Below are positions 7,757 through 19,928 of a stretch of DNA of 64,000 bases, piece after piece (position 1 is the first letter of the stretch; each line of letters begins with the position of its first letter). A program made the position numbers and the translations under genes. Location: positions 1,416,679 to 1,480,678 of the forward strand of contig JBFWJC010000001.1 of assembly GCA_050253415.1 (NCBI GenBank). Reading direction: 5' to 3'. The notes under the pieces were generated by a model. That model did no database searches. It was given only the letters and a program-made list of their open reading frames with translations, and was not told the DNA's origin. Origin of the DNA: Pedobacter sp. (GTDB lineage: Bacteria > Desulfobacterota > Desulfuromonadia > Desulfuromonadales > Syntrophotaleaceae).

Positions 7757-8854
7757 TTAGAACTTGAAACGCCGCATGCTGATGTTGAGCAGCAGGCCAA
7801 TACCGGTCATGGTCGTAATCATGCTGGTGCCCCCGTAGGAAAACAGCGGCAGGGGGACGCCTACGACCGGTAAAAGCCCGATGACCATGCCCAGGTTGAT
7901 GACAATGTGAAAGAACAGCATGGCACTCACACCAAAAGCCAGAAACATGCCAAACCGCGTCGAGGCTTGGCGCGCTATATTAAGTCCGCAGATCACAAGC
8001 AGCAGAAACAATGTCAGCAGGAGGAGACAGCCTGCAAAACCCCATTCTTCGGCAAACACGGAGAAAGCGAAATCCGTGTGACGTTCAGGGAGGAAAGAGA
8101 GTTGCGACTGGGTGCCTTTCATAAAACCCTTGCCCCAGAAACCTCCACTGCCGACGGCTATTTTGGACTGGATGATATGGTAGCCTGAACCCAGAGGATC
8201 ACTTTCCGGGTTGAGAAAGGTCAGGATGCGCTGTTTCTGATAATTGTGCAGCAAAAACCAGCCTCCCGTGGCAGCGCTGCCGGCCATCACTCCAAGTCCT
8301 GCCAGGGTGGCCGGGCGAATGCCTGCAAACAGTGCCATGGATGCCCCGATCATAAGAACAATCATGGCCGTGCCGAGGTCCGGTTGTTTCATGATCAACA
8401 ATGCCGGCAGGGACAACAGGATAAAAGGTGCCCACAACTCGCGGAAGGAATAGCCCAAAGGCTGCTCGCGACGGCTGAAAAAAAACGCCAGCGTAATAAT
8501 AATAACAATTTTCATCAGTTCGCTGGGTTGCAGATTGAAAACTTTGAGATCGAGCCAGCGCGTGGCTCCCATGGATGTGCGGCCGACGAGCAGTACCAGA
8601 AGGAGTAACACCAGGTTTCCGATGTAAAGAAAAAAGGCCAGGTGTTCCAGTCGTCGGTAGTCGATGGCACAGATAACCGTGACCAAAACCATACCGCCCC
8701 CGAGCCAGGAAAGTTGTTTGATAGAAAAGGGCGCTGCAGGTGATGTCCACGATGATGTAACGCTGATCAGGTTTAATATACCGAGTCCCGCGATCATCAG
8801 AACAACCAGGACCAGACCCCAATCGAAATGTGTAAGAAGACGGCGGTCAAACAT
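7757..8854 (-). CDS. rodA: Rod shape-determining protein RodA
   Basis: GATRW, QPSE, KQPDLGT, GYHIIQSKIAVGSGG, LPERHTDF, PLFSYGG; follows mrdA. Confidence 0.95.
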   Translation of the reverse strand: MFDRRLLTHFDWGLVLVVLMIAGLGILNLISVTSSWTSPAAPFSIKQLSWLGGGMVLVTVICAIDYRRLEHLAFFLYIGNLVLLLLVLLVGRTSMGATRWLDLKVFNLQPSELMKIVIIITLAFFFSRREQPLGYSFRELWAPFILLSLPALLIMKQPDLGTAMIVLMIGASMALFAGIRPATLAGLGVMAGSAATGGWFLLHNYQKQRILTFLNPESDPLGSGYHIIQSKIAVGSGGFWGKGFMKGTQSQLSFLPERHTDFAFSVFAEEWGFAGCLLLLTLFLLLVICGLNIARQASTRFGMFLAFGVSAMLFFHIVINLGMVIGLLPVVGVPLPLFSYGGTSMITTMTGIGLLLNISMRRFKF

Positions 8855-8859
8855 AATAA

Positions 8860-10806
8860 TTACTCACTGGTAACGGGCTGCGGTACAACGGGCTGCGGTA
8901 CAACGGGCTGCGGTACAACGGGCTGCGGTACAACGGGCTGCGGTACAACGGGCTGCGGTACAACGGGCTGCGGTGCAACGGGCGGTTTGTCCAGCCCGAA
9001 ATAATGGGCGATGATAGCTTTGGCGATGGGCGCGGCGGCGCTGCTACCGTGACTGCCGTGTTCGACCACTACCGCCACGGCGATCTGGGGGTTCTTGGCT
9101 GGCGCATAGGCGGCGAACAGGGCATGATCGCGAAACCGGTAAGGGATGAGGTTTTCATCTTTTTTCTGATCGCGCAGTTTGACAACCTGGGCGGTGCCGG
9201 TTTTTCCGGCATATGGCAGCATCTCGAGGCGACTCGCCCACGCTGTTCCTCCCGGTTCGTTGACAACCGCTTCCAGTCCACTCCGCACTGCCTCCAGATG
9301 TGGGGCCGGCAGTGCGTTTCGATGGAGGATTTCAGGTTCGGTATTCTGCACGGAATCGTTAAACGTATCTTCAATGCGTTTGATGATGTGGGGGCGAAAT
9401 ACCGTTCCGCCATTGGCAACGGCTGCTGTCATGGTGGCCAGTTGCAGCGGGGTAGTCAGAATGTAGCCCTGTCCGATCCCTGCATTAAGGGTTTCGCCAC
9501 GATACCAGCTGGAGCCATAGCGTTTCTTTTTCCAGGCACGATCAGGAATTAAACCATTTTTTTCCATTTCCATGGGCAGCCCCAGAGCACTTCCAAGTCC
9601 GAGTTCGCGTGCCATGGCCGCAATCCGGTCGATCCCGACATCGAGGGCTACTTTGTAAAACCAGACGTCGCAACTTTCTTTAAGAGCTTTGTGCAAATTC
9701 GTGGTGCCATGCCCACCACGTTTCCAGCAGCGAAAGGTGTGATTGCCGAGAGTAAACGATCCTTCGCAAAGTACGCTGGTGCTCGGGGTAGCGACTCCGG
9801 CTTTGAGGGCCGCCAGAGCCGTGACGATTTTAAAAATGGAGCCCGGTGGATATTGTCCGCTGATGGCCCGGTTCTGGAGAGGGTTCAGGGGGTTGTTTTG
9901 CAGATCATGCCATTCTTTGGTGGTCAAGCCCCGGGCGAACTGAGCCGGGTCGAAAGTCGGTTGACTCGTCATGGCAAGGATCTCACCGGTGTGAACATCC
10001 AGTACAACGGCTGCTCCGGCCTGACCGTTGAAAGCGTTTTCCGCCACCTGCTGCAAAGATGCCTGGAGAGTCAGGGTCAGATTGTTGCCAGGTTGCGGAT
10101 CCTGGGTTTTAAGGATACGCATGGTTTTACCTTTAACGTCGACCTCTACCCGTCGTTCGCCGTCGATGCCGCACAAAACCGGCTCCATCTTCCTTTCAAG
10201 CCCGGCCTTGCCGACGACGTCCCCGGGTCGATACCCTTTGAATTCCGGCATGCTCAGATCTTTATCCGTGATTTCACCAAGGTAGCCAAGCAGATGAGGG
10301 GCAAGAGGCCCCAGCGGAAATGATCGTACCGGGCGGGTTTCCATGAGCACGCCGGGAAGGTCAACGCCATTTTCCAGAATTTTTTCCAGGGTGTCGCGAT
10401 CGACGTCCCACGCCAGGGGGATCGGGCGATATTGGGGCAGCCGTTTGCCTGAATTCCAGCGCTTTAGCAGTTCTTCGCGATCGACAGAGAGAAATCCGGA
10501 CAGTCGCTGCAGAAGAATGTCCGGGTTGTCGACTTCCTGGCGCAGGACTGCGACATCAAAGGCCGGTCGATTGTCGGCCAGCAGGTTGCCCTCGCGATCA
10601 AAGATACGCCCGCGTTGCGCCGTGATAGGGATGTAGCGCGTACGGTTTCTCTCTGACAGGGTCCGATAATGGTCGTCGCTGATAATCTGCAACTGCCAGA
10701 GGCGCAGTAAAAGAAGGAGGAAAATGATGGCTGCCGCTACCGAAGCCAGTGCAAAGCGTTTACGGGTATAGGGGGACGGCCAGTCGGTCTGGAAGTCGTG
10801 ATTCAA
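8860..10806 (-). CDS. mrdA: Penicillin-binding protein 2
   Basis: RGRIFDR, YPPGSIFK (SxxK), SCD, KTGTAQ; mre operon context. Confidence 0.95.
   Translation of the reverse strand: MNHDFQTDWPSPYTRKRFALASVAAAIIFLLLLLRLWQLQIISDDHYRTLSERNRTRYIPITAQRGRIFDREGNLLADNRPAFDVAVLRQEVDNPDILLQRLSGFLSVDREELLKRWNSGKRLPQYRPIPLAWDVDRDTLEKILENGVDLPGVLMETRPVRSFPLGPLAPHLLGYLGEITDKDLSMPEFKGYRPGDVVGKAGLERKMEPVLCGIDGERRVEVDVKGKTMRILKTQDPQPGNNLTLTLQASLQQVAENAFNGQAGAAVVLDVHTGEILAMTSQPTFDPAQFARGLTTKEWHDLQNNPLNPLQNRAISGQYPPGSIFKIVTALAALKAGVATPSTSVLCEGSFTLGNHTFRCWKRGGHGTTNLHKALKESCDVWFYKVALDVGIDRIAAMARELGLGSALGLPMEMEKNGLIPDRAWKKKRYGSSWYRGETLNAGIGQGYILTTPLQLATMTAAVANGGTVFRPHIIKRIEDTFNDSVQNTEPEILHRNALPAPHLEAVRSGLEAVVNEPGGTAWASRLEMLPYAGKTGTAQVVKLRDQKKDENLIPYRFRDHALFAAYAPAKNPQIAVAVVVEHGSHGSSAAAPIAKAIIAHYFGLDKPPVAPQPVVPQPVVPQPVVPQPVVPQPVVPQPVVPQPVTSE
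8872..8976. repeat. 15-bp tandem repeat x7 (AACGGGCTGCGGTAC) encoding the (PQPVV)n tail of PBP2
   Basis: Six identical copies and one single-mismatch copy, read directly from the sequence. Confidence 0.95.
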
Positions 10807-10819
10807 AAGATTCGCCCTC

Positions 10820-11302
10820 CTACCGGTGTCGGCGATAGCGGCTCAACCAGTCTGAGCATTGCAGAAAAAGCAATCCCGCGAGCAGATTGACGAGCAATTG
10901 TCCCGGCATGGCGGTAAGGACCTGGCGCCAATATGTGCCGTGTTCGGCAAGGAAGCCCAGGGTGAAAATTAATATCAGTCCCTGCAGAAGCGTGCTGGAA
11001 AAAACCAGAAATAGCAACAATACCGGACTTTCGCTGTTAAGGTGACCGGCAATGCTCCTCACCATCAGATACAGGATAAGGTAGACCAATCCGTATAATC
11101 CCAGACTTGCACCGGACAGGCCATCCTGCAAGCATCCCAACAGCCAGGCTACCGGGCCGCCAAAAATCACTTTCTCCCGAAGGCCAAGGGTTAAAACCAG
11201 GAGTAGCAGCAGGTTGGGTTTCAGGAAAAACGTCGGGGGTACCAGGGTCTCAGCTACCGTAAACATAAGGCCGAGTGTAAGGTAGATGAACATCGCTCTC
11301 AT
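10820..11302 (-). CDS. mreD: Rod shape-determining protein MreD
   Basis: 160 aa hydrophobic protein with PNLLL and GCLQD.LSG; lies between mreC and mrdA. Confidence 0.85.
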   Translation of the reverse strand: MRAMFIYLTLGLMFTVAETLVPPTFFLKPNLLLLLVLTLGLREKVIFGGPVAWLLGCLQDGLSGASLGLYGLVYLILYLMVRSIAGHLNSESPVLLLFLVFSSTLLQGLILIFTLGFLAEHGTYWRQVLTAMPGQLLVNLLAGLLFLQCSDWLSRYRRHR

Positions 11303-12117
11303 GGACTGTTTTCCAGTAGTACCAGAACTTCTTCCAGACGGGAGAAGTTGACAGCGGGGCTTACGACCACGCTCTGGAACAGATCAAGTTCGTTCGTCTG
11401 GATAAGGCTTACGGTTCCAACGGCTAAGCCTTTTGGGAAAATGCCGCCGTTGCCGGAGGTGATGATGCGGTCGCCGGTAACGATATCTTCCTTGGTTAAA
11501 GCAAAATCAAGGGTCAGAGACTGACCTCGCCCTCGGCAGATTCCCCTGGCGCGGCTTCGCTGCACCAGTACGGCCATGGCCGAGGAGGCATCGGTGGCGA
11601 GAAGAACCCGCGATTGCCGGCCTGAACAGCGTATAATGCGGCCGACCACCCCTTCCGGAACCATAACCGGCAATCCCTCATGCAGGCCATCTTCCAGGCC
11701 CCTGTCGATGATAACAGTCTGAAACAAGCTGGTGGCATCTTCGGCTATGACGCGGGCCGGCAAGGTTGGCATATCCAATTGTTCACGCAGAGCAAGAAGT
11801 GCGCTGAGCCGTTGGTTCTCCAGCCGGATCTCGCTGACTTGATCGAGCTTGTTGCGCAACCAACGGTTTTCGTCAAACAATCGGTCATTTTCCCGACTGG
11901 TATCGATGAGCCACAGGTAGTGCTGCCACAGGCTGCTTATGGTATCTGTTGAGGTGTCAAATCCGCGCTGCAGGGGGCTGGCCAGGAACAGGATGGCTTT
12001 TTCAAACAGGGTTGTTTCAGGCTGTTTTCGCAAGCGTGAAGAATAGATCAGCAGGGCGGTCATGACTAAGCAGACGACCAACAGTGGGGTGCGGTATTTT
12101 CGGATCAACTCCAGCAT
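11299..12117 (-). CDS. mreC: Rod shape-determining protein MreC
   Basis: N-terminal TM, coiled coil ENQRL..LL, GVVGRI, TSG.GGIFPKGL.VG; start chosen at MLELIRK. Confidence 0.92.
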   Translation of the reverse strand: MLELIRKYRTPLLVVCLVMTALLIYSSRLRKQPETTLFEKAILFLASPLQRGFDTSTDTISSLWQHYLWLIDTSRENDRLFDENRWLRNKLDQVSEIRLENQRLSALLALREQLDMPTLPARVIAEDATSLFQTVIIDRGLEDGLHEGLPVMVPEGVVGRIIRCSGRQSRVLLATDASSAMAVLVQRSRARGICRGRGQSLTLDFALTKEDIVTGDRIITSGNGGIFPKGLAVGTVSLIQTNELDLFQSVVVSPAVNFSRLEEVLVLLENSP

Positions 12118-12137
12118 GCAATACCCTGTTGCGTAAT

Positions 12138-12166
12138 GCAAAAGAGGGCGTAGCGCCCTCTTTTGC
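12138..12166. terminator. Hairpin between mreB and mreC
   Basis: GCAAAAGAGGGCG-TAG-CGCCCTCTTTTGC, perfect 13-bp stem. Confidence 0.6.
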
Positions 12167-12193
12167 CGAAAATGCTATGTTGCCCCGGAAGTG

Positions 12194-13327
<1,134 letters not shown>

Positions 13328-13436
13328 CTATTTCAAGAGACAAAAGGAGAAATGGGTTGCAATTCCAAGGCCGATTGACTAACATTTGCCTTTATTTTTG
13401 CCCATCTGAAACATTCATGTAAAGGAGCTCACCAAT

Positions 13437-15386
13437 ATGCTGGACCTGATTCGGAAAAAGCAGCGGTCAGTACTTGTTAAAATAGTCTTCTGGACGATTA
13501 TTGCCGCTTTTATAGGAACCATTTTTCTGGTCTGGGGAAAGGGGAGCGGTGGCCCAAGTGGTGCGGATAACTCCGCCGTGCATGTGAACGGGGATCCTAT
13601 CAGTTATCAGGATTTCCAAATGGCCTACCAGAACCTGCGCCAGGATATGGAGCAGCGCTTCGGTCGCAGCCTGCCACCGGAAATCGAGAAGCAGCTGCAG
13701 CTGAATAATCAGGCCTACGATCAGCTTCTCAGCCGGGTGTTGTTGCTGCAGGAAGCCGACCGCCGCGATATCGAGGTCAGTAAGGACGAATTGCGTCAGG
13801 CGATTGCCGACATCCCTGCTTTTCAGAAGGATGGGCAGTTCGACCGTAATCTTTATGCGCAGGTTCTCCAATATCAGCATCTCACTTCCAAGGGTTTTGA
13901 ACGCAATATGCGCGAACAGCTGCAGATCACCAAAGTGGTCGAGGCTGTCAAGCAGGAGGCCGAGGTTAGCGAGCAGGATATCGAACAGGAATTTCGTAAT
14001 CGTAATGAAAAGATCGATCTGGCCTATGTGAAGTTTGCCGCCGGAGCTTATGAGAGCAAGGTGGTGGTGATCGATGAAGCGCTGCAGGCGTATTATCAAG
14101 ACCATCGTGAAGATTTCCGGCAACCCGAAAAGCTCGCCCTTCGCTATCTGCGGTTTGAGCCCGATTCTTTTGCAAAAGATGTGACCCTCGATGAAGCAGC
14201 TATCGAGGCTTATTATGAAAAACACAAGGATCAGTTCTGGGTGGCCGAGCAGGTCAAGGCTTCGCATATCCTGTTTCGCGTTACTCCGGCTATGGATGAG
14301 GCTGATCACCAGAAAAAGCGTGCCCTGGCTGAAAAGGTCCTCGAAATGGCCAAGTCCGGCAAAGATTTCGCCGGACTGGCACGTAAATACTCGGATGATG
14401 CCGGCAGCGCGATCAAAGGCGGCGAACTCGGTTATTTTACCCGTGGAAGCATGGTGCCCGATTTCGAAAACGTGGCGTTTGGCCTCAAGCCCGGGGAAAT
14501 CAGCGATATCGTCGAAACTTCGTTCGGCTATCACATCATAAAATGCGAAGGTTACATCAAGGCTGAGACCAAGCCCTTGGTGGATGTTCGCGATGAAGTG
14601 CGTAGCAGCCTTCGCAGCGAACTGGCCCGGCAGATGGCGCTGGACAAGGCCATGGAAGCCTACAGCGCTCACCGTCAGGACGGCGACATCGACGCCGCTG
14701 CTTTGGCCAATGGCCTCGAGGTTCGCGAAACCGGTCTTTTCGCGCGTGGTGACGCCATCGACGGATTGGGCACCGATGACGATATTACCGTAGCAGCCTT
14801 TGCCCTTAAGGACGGAGAACTGGCTCGACCGATGGTGCGTGAGCAGGGTGTGATTACCTTTGTCGTCAAGGAGCGTCATGCCAGTGTCGTTCCGGAGTTG
14901 GCCGAGGTACGCGCCGACGTAGAGCGGGCCTATCGCAGTCAGGAAAGCGTTGGGCTGGCCCGACAGGCAGCCGAGGATCTCCTGGTTGAACTCAAAGCCG
15001 GTAAGAAACTGGTCGACCTGGCCCTCAAGGAGAAGCTTGAAATTGGGGAAACCGGCTTTTTCCCGCATTCCTACGGCGATTTTATTCCGCGAATCGGCAA
15101 CTCCGAAACCTTGTCCAAGGCAGCTTTCGCCCTGACCATGAAGGCGCCGGTGGCCCCGGAGGTTTTTGTTGTCGACGATCGTTTCATCGTGGCGACCCTG
15201 ATCCATCGCCAGGAGGCCGACCCTGCACAATTAACCGAGGCGACCCGCGAAGAACTACGTACTTCCCTGTTGGCCAGCAAACGTGAAAAATTGTTGGTCG
15301 ATCTTATTCAAACCCTCAAGAGTGAAGCCAAGATCGAGGTCGAGCCGACCTTGAAAAATATTTTGGAAGGTGAAAAAGCTTTATGA
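13437..15386 (+). CDS. ppiD: PpiD-like periplasmic chaperone / parvulin PPIase (SurA N-terminal domain)
   Basis: N-terminal TM, SurA_N region, [19 protein letters not shown]...GGELG..MVPDFE..GYHIIK. Confidence 0.85.
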   Translation: MLDLIRKKQRSVLVKIVFWTIIAAFIGTIFLVWGKGSGGPSGADNSAVHVNGDPISYQDFQMAYQNLRQDMEQRFGRSLPPEIEKQLQLNNQAYDQLLSRVLLLQEADRRDIEVSKDELRQAIADIPAFQKDGQFDRNLYAQVLQYQHLTSKGFERNMREQLQITKVVEAVKQEAEVSEQDIEQEFRNRNEKIDLAYVKFAAGAYESKVVVIDEALQAYYQDHREDFRQPEKLALRYLRFEPDSFAKDVTLDEAAIEAYYEKHKDQFWVAEQVKASHILFRVTPAMDEADHQKKRALAEKVLEMAKSGKDFAGLARKYSDDAGSAIKGGELGYFTRGSMVPDFENVAFGLKPGEISDIVETSFGYHIIKCEGYIKAETKPLVDVRDEVRSSLRSELARQMALDKAMEAYSAHRQDGDIDAAALANGLEVRETGLFARGDAIDGLGTDDDITVAAFALKDGELARPMVREQGVITFVVKERHASVVPELAEVRADVERAYRSQESVGLARQAAEDLLVELKAGKKLVDLALKEKLEIGETGFFPHSYGDFIPRIGNSETLSKAAFALTMKAPVAPEVFVVDDRFIVATLIHRQEADPAQLTEATREELRTSLLASKREKLLVDLIQTLKSEAKIEVEPTLKNILEGEKAL

Positions 15387-16273
15387 TACCGATAGTTCTG
15401 CAGACCAATTTTCCCGGACTCAAACTGGTTAATCAAGGCAAGGTGCGCGACATATACGACCTTGGCGAGCATCTGTTAATTGTGACCAGTGATCGTATTT
15501 CCGCGTTCGATGTGGTGATGAACGAAGGGATTCCTTATAAGGGATTTGTTTTGACCCAGATCTCCAAATTCTGGTTTGATACCTTCGCGGACATCGTGCC
15601 CCATCATCTTGTTGCCACCGAAGTGGATGATTTCCCGGTGGAAACCCACCCTTACAGGGATCAGCTCGAAGGGCGCAGCATGCTTGTGCGCAAGGCCAGT
15701 CCCCTGCCTATCGAGTGTATCGTGCGTGGCTATCTGGCCGGTTCGGGATGGAAAGAGTATCGCGAGCAGGGCACGGTGTGCGGTATCGCGCTGCCGGCCG
15801 GCATGGTTGAAAGCCAGAAGTTGCCTGAGCCGATCTTTACGCCGTCGACCAAGGCCGAGCTTGGAGCCCATGACGAAAATATCTCGTTTGAACGGGCTGC
15901 CGAACTCTGCGGTGAGGATCTTGCCAGACAGGTGCGCGACGTGGCGCTGACCATCTATGGCCGGGCGCGCGATACCATGGCCGCCAAGGGTATTATCGTT
16001 GCCGATACCAAATTCGAATTCGGTCTTAGGGACGGCCGCCTGATGTGGATCGACGAGGCTTTGACGCCAGATTCTTCCCGCTTCTGGCCTCAGGATCAAT
16101 ATCGCCAGGGAGGTTCCCAGCCCAGTTTCGACAAACAATTCCTGCGGGATTATCTGGAAACTCTGGACTGGAACAAGCAGGCTCCGGCGCCGGCTTTGCC
16201 CGACGATATCGTGCTTAAAACCTCGGATAAATATCTCGAGGCGCTATTCCGTATTACCGGACAAAAACCCTGA
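15383..16273 (+). CDS. purC: SAICAR synthetase
   Basis: [44 protein letters not shown]. Confidence 0.97.
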   Translation: MIPIVLQTNFPGLKLVNQGKVRDIYDLGEHLLIVTSDRISAFDVVMNEGIPYKGFVLTQISKFWFDTFADIVPHHLVATEVDDFPVETHPYRDQLEGRSMLVRKASPLPIECIVRGYLAGSGWKEYREQGTVCGIALPAGMVESQKLPEPIFTPSTKAELGAHDENISFERAAELCGEDLARQVRDVALTIYGRARDTMAAKGIIVADTKFEFGLRDGRLMWIDEALTPDSSRFWPQDQYRQGGSQPSFDKQFLRDYLETLDWNKQAPAPALPDDIVLKTSDKYLEALFRITGQKP

Positions 16274-16295
16274 TAGTTTTATTTGGTGCGAACAC

Positions 16296-16333
16296 ACAAG
16301 GGCGCGCTCCTGGTACCAGGAGCGCGCCCTTGT
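16296..16333. terminator. 38-bp perfect palindrome between convergent genes (bidirectional terminator)
   Basis: ACAAGGGCGCGCTCCTGGT|ACCAGGAGCGCGCCCTTGT. Confidence 0.7.
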
Positions 16334-16360
16334 TGTTTGTGTCGACCATAAACGCTTGTC

Positions 16361-16636
16361 TCAGCCTTCCCAGAACAGATAGTGGGGCGCTTCTCGCAAA
16401 AGTTCGAGGCACTCTTCAATGGTGCCGGTAAACTCGAAACGGCGCCAGCGATCCCGATTGAGGAAAAAATCCATCTTCCAGCGGCCATCCTGCAAGGCGG
16501 GCCGCAGACGCGCAAAATCCCCCCAGTCGCAAGTTAGATGGATCTGGGCACCATCCTTGTAGGCTTTGTAGTCGGCCAAGGCTTTATGTGTTTGCAATAG
16601 TTTTCTGATGTTATCCAGGTGCTGATACATAATCAT
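16361..16636 (-). CDS. Hypothetical protein (~90 aa)
   Basis: ORF fills the gap between two terminators and has protein-like composition; start uncertain. Confidence 0.6.
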   Translation of the reverse strand: MIMYQHLDNIRKLLQTHKALADYKAYKDGAQIHLTCDWGDFARLRPALQDGRWKMDFFLNRDRWRRFEFTGTIEECLELLREAPHYLFWEG

Positions 16637-16791
16637 TCTCTTGTCATGGCTCTCAGGCACTTTTTTTATGCTGATAATTTTGCCGGGAAAATGCGATTCG
16701 TCAAGTTTTGCAATATAATAACTTTATCCGGAGTGAGGTGTGAGGCTTGATAGGTGACAGGGCATGCTTTTGGGGAATTCAAAACGATAAA

Positions 16792-16825
16792 AAACGGCCG
16801 AAGTTCTGATGAACTTCGGCCGTTT
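16792..16825 (-). terminator. Intrinsic terminator of purT
   Basis: AAACGGCCGAAGTTC-TGAT-GAACTTCGGCCGTTT with a T-tail on the minus strand. Confidence 0.75.
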
Positions 16826-16850
16826 CTATCGGATATACAGGCTTGTGCGG

Positions 16851-18032
16851 TTATTTGGCGGTCTGAATGCTGACCTTGCCGGCGGATAGTTCGGCCAACT
16901 CGCGGGCGGTATCGACATCGGGCGCAACGATCAGGGCAACTCCCATGCGACGTCCCGGGCGCGTGTCGGGTTTGCCGAACAGGCGCACTTTGCTGCCCGG
17001 TACGCGCAGGGCGTCTTCGACTCCCTGGAAGCATACATCATCGCTGACGGCATCGGCCAGAATAACATGGGAGGCACCGGGTGACAGCAGTTCGATGGCG
17101 GGAACCGGCAGTCCCAGAATGGCGCGAACATGCAGTTCGAATTCCGACATGTTCTGGGTCACCATCGTGACCATGCCGGTATCGTGGGGGCGCGGAGAAA
17201 CTTCGCTGAAGAAAACCTTGTCGCCCTGAATGAAAAACTCGACGCCAAAAATCCCCGCTCCGCCCAAAGCGTCGGTAATCACTTTGGCTTGGCGTTGAGC
17301 TTCGTTAAGGGCTTTGTCCGTCATGGGCATCGGTTGCCAGGATTCCTGGTAATCGCCGCCTTCCTGGCGATGACCGATGGGCGGGCAGTAATTGGTGCCG
17401 TCGACGTGGCGTACGGTCAACAGGGTGATCTCGTAATCAAACGCAATGAAGGCTTCTATGATGACTCTTTCACCGGCGCCGCGGGCGCCCTGGCGCGCAT
17501 AGTTCCAGGCTTTTTCGATATCGGCCGGGGTTTTGACGGTGCTTTGACCTTTTCCGGAAGAACTCATGATCGGTTTTACCACGCAAGGCAGACCTATTTC
17601 CTCTACGCCCTGGCAGAACTCTTCATAGTTGGATGCAAATCGGTAGTTTGCAGTCGGAAGCTGCAGGTCTTCGGCAGCCAGACGGCGAATGCCCTCGCGG
17701 TTCATGGTCAGGTTGGCGGCCCGGGCGGTGGGAATGATGCGAAATCCCTGTTGTTCCAACTCGAGCAGGAAAACGGTATCGATAGCTTCGATCTCCGGAA
17801 CGATAAGATCGGGGGATTCTTGTTTGATAATCCGCTCCAAAGCATCGCGATCAAGCATGTTGGCAACATGGCTGCGGTGGGCAACCTGCATGGCCGGAGC
17901 ATCGGCATAGCGATCCACGGCAATGGTTTCGATGCCAAAGCGCTGGGCTTCTATGATAACTTCCTTGCCCAGTTCGCCGCAGCCGAGCATCAGCAATTTG
18001 GTGGCGGATTTTTTCAATGGGGTCCCGATCAT
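16851..18032 (-). CDS. purT: Formate-dependent phosphoribosylglycinamide formyltransferase
   Basis: [51 protein letters not shown]. Confidence 0.97.
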   Translation of the reverse strand: MIGTPLKKSATKLLMLGCGELGKEVIIEAQRFGIETIAVDRYADAPAMQVAHRSHVANMLDRDALERIIKQESPDLIVPEIEAIDTVFLLELEQQGFRIIPTARAANLTMNREGIRRLAAEDLQLPTANYRFASNYEEFCQGVEEIGLPCVVKPIMSSSGKGQSTVKTPADIEKAWNYARQGARGAGERVIIEAFIAFDYEITLLTVRHVDGTNYCPPIGHRQEGGDYQESWQPMPMTDKALNEAQRQAKVITDALGGAGIFGVEFFIQGDKVFFSEVSPRPHDTGMVTMVTQNMSEFELHVRAILGLPVPAIELLSPGASHVILADAVSDDVCFQGVEDALRVPGSKVRLFGKPDTRPGRRMGVALIVAPDVDTARELAELSAGKVSIQTAK

Positions 18033-18129
18033 TTTTTCCTCCCGTGGGTAAGGGCTTGGTTCCTCAGATATAATGGGCTTGCAATATGCCCAATGAGTGA
18101 AATCTTGTCAAGTGCCAGGGGTAAACAAT

Positions 18130-18636
18130 CTAACGGCGTGTAAGTCGCTGGATAAGGTTTTTGTGCTCCGGGTAGCGGGCTATGAGGGGCTGGCTGTGCG
18201 CCAGTTCGAAATCGGCGAAATCGAACCCGGGGGCTACGCTGCAACCGGCCAGGGCATAACTGTCAGGCAGGGCTACCGTGGCGCCAAACCAGCATCCGGC
18301 CTCAACCACAACCTGAAACGATTGATCGTTTTTGGGATCGTTTCCCAAGCGTGGTTTACGGTAGCTGCCCAGCGGGTCGATAATGTGGATATCCAGAGGC
18401 GATCCGCCGTAAAAATGCCAGATTTCATCGGATGCAAGGCGGTGCAGGGCCGAAAAATCCTCACTTTGCAACAGGTAGTAAATGGCCGTGGCAAACTGGC
18501 GGGAGCCCTGAAACCGATTGGGCAGGGAGGTCGCAGGAATACTCTCTGCGGCGCGATAGGTTTCTCGAAAATACCCCCCTTCGGGGTGGCGTATGAGTTC
18601 CAGGTTGTTAATCCAGAAATGGGCGGAATGCTGCAT
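18130..18636 (-). CDS. Cupin_5 (DUF985) family protein
   Basis: HPEGGYFRETY, TAIYYLL, HRL.SDEIWHFY.G, CSVAPGFDFADF. Confidence 0.9.
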   Translation of the reverse strand: MQHSAHFWINNLELIRHPEGGYFRETYRAAESIPATSLPNRFQGSRQFATAIYYLLQSEDFSALHRLASDEIWHFYGGSPLDIHIIDPLGSYRKPRLGNDPKNDQSFQVVVEAGCWFGATVALPDSYALAGCSVAPGFDFADFELAHSQPLIARYPEHKNLIQRLTRR

Positions 18637-18660
18637 GTCGTAGGGTGCTCCATACGGTAG

Positions 18661-19869
18661 TCAAGGGAGGGACGATGCATGCTTCCCGCCGCGGTATTCC
18701 ATGGCAACCAGGGTTACATCGTCCTTGAAGGGCATTTTCTGGCCAAAGCTCTGCAGGTATTCAATGGTCTTGTCGCAGGAGCTCGTCAGGCTGCGTTTCT
18801 TTTGCAGCTGCAGCTTATTGTAAAGGCGCTGAAGGCCGAACATGTCACCCTGTTGGTCGCAGTGCTCGATAATCCCGTCGGAATAGAGATATATCCTGTC
18901 GCCATACTGGAGGGTAACTTCCCCTTCCTCAAAGGGGACGCTGCCGCCTGCGCCAATAATGGAACCACCTGAGGTTAACAATTCATAGCTGCCGTTTCGA
19001 CGGATCCGCACCGGTGGCGGATGTCCGGCCGAACTGAATTGCAGTCGTCCGCTCGGCGTATGTAACAACATATAGGTAATGGTGAAGAATTTGCCGAAGC
19101 GCTCGAGGGGATATTCCCGATCCAGTTGACGCAATACCTCGGCCGGGGAAAGGCATTGAGGGCGCTCGCCATTTGCGGTCGGCGTTTTCAAGAGTCGTCC
19201 GCCGGTAGGGGAAAGACTCTGGAATACCGATACGGTTACCATGGCGGCTGAGACGCCGTGTCCGCTAACGTCGAGCAGGTAGATCATGATGGTGTCGTCT
19301 GTCAGGCGACTTATATTGAACAGGTCTCCACCAATTTTGTCGCAGGGCAGGAAATTCCAGGCGAATTCGAGATCTTGCACATTCGGCAGATTTTCCGGTA
19401 ACAGCGCGCGCTGGATCAGCGCTGCGGAATGTCGGTACTCCTCCAGTTCGATCTGTTTGTTCAGCAGCATTCGCTGGACAAGGTTGGCTTCGTACTGGAG
19501 CCGATGAATGGTTAACTGGGTGGCTATTTTGTACTGTACCTCGCGGTCATCGATGGGGTGCATCAGGGTATCCGCCACCCAGGGCGTGAGGGCTTTGACG
19601 GGTACGGGGTTGCGCCCGTTGGACGAAAACAGAAGGCAGGGCAAAGGATTGTCCCGGCAGCGCAAGACCATGGGGGTCCATTGTTCAGGGCGTTGTTCAT
19701 GGGCCATCTCGGTATCGAACAGCAGCAGGTCCGGGCGTTCGCCAAGCATGCGTGCCGTTTCGGGCAAATCTCCTGCTTTGAGAATAAAATAGCCTTTGTC
19801 ACGCAACATGCGATAGAGACGGTCACTTGTCGGATTGGTTTTCCTGGCGAGCAAAATTTTTTCCGGCAT
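18661..19869 (-). CDS. Receiver-like domain + SpoIIE/PP2C serine phosphatase (RsbU-like)
   Basis: IQRALLP, GGDLF, DVSGHGVSAA, AGHPP, YSDGIIE, DDVT. Confidence 0.9.
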   Translation of the reverse strand: MPEKILLARKTNPTSDRLYRMLRDKGYFILKAGDLPETARMLGERPDLLLFDTEMAHEQRPEQWTPMVLRCRDNPLPCLLFSSNGRNPVPVKALTPWVADTLMHPIDDREVQYKIATQLTIHRLQYEANLVQRMLLNKQIELEEYRHSAALIQRALLPENLPNVQDLEFAWNFLPCDKIGGDLFNISRLTDDTIMIYLLDVSGHGVSAAMVTVSVFQSLSPTGGRLLKTPTANGERPQCLSPAEVLRQLDREYPLERFGKFFTITYMLLHTPSGRLQFSSAGHPPPVRIRRNGSYELLTSGGSIIGAGGSVPFEEGEVTLQYGDRIYLYSDGIIEHCDQQGDMFGLQRLYNKLQLQKKRSLTSSCDKTIEYLQSFGQKMPFKDDVTLVAMEYRGGKHASSLP

Positions 19870-19928
19870 GAGGCACTATCCCTGATTGATGTAGCAGGTA
19901 ACCATTATCGCAGCACACTTCCGCATCT

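Noticed and set aside
8872..8976. CRISPR array
   Set aside because: The repeats are contiguous without spacers and lie in frame within mrdA. No CRISPR array or cas gene was seen anywhere in the window.
13467..15230. 587-aa antisense ORF (and similar ones such as 12191-13153 and 17130-18143)
   Set aside because: Shadow ORFs opposite well-conserved genes, as expected from high-GC codon bias; no protein motifs.
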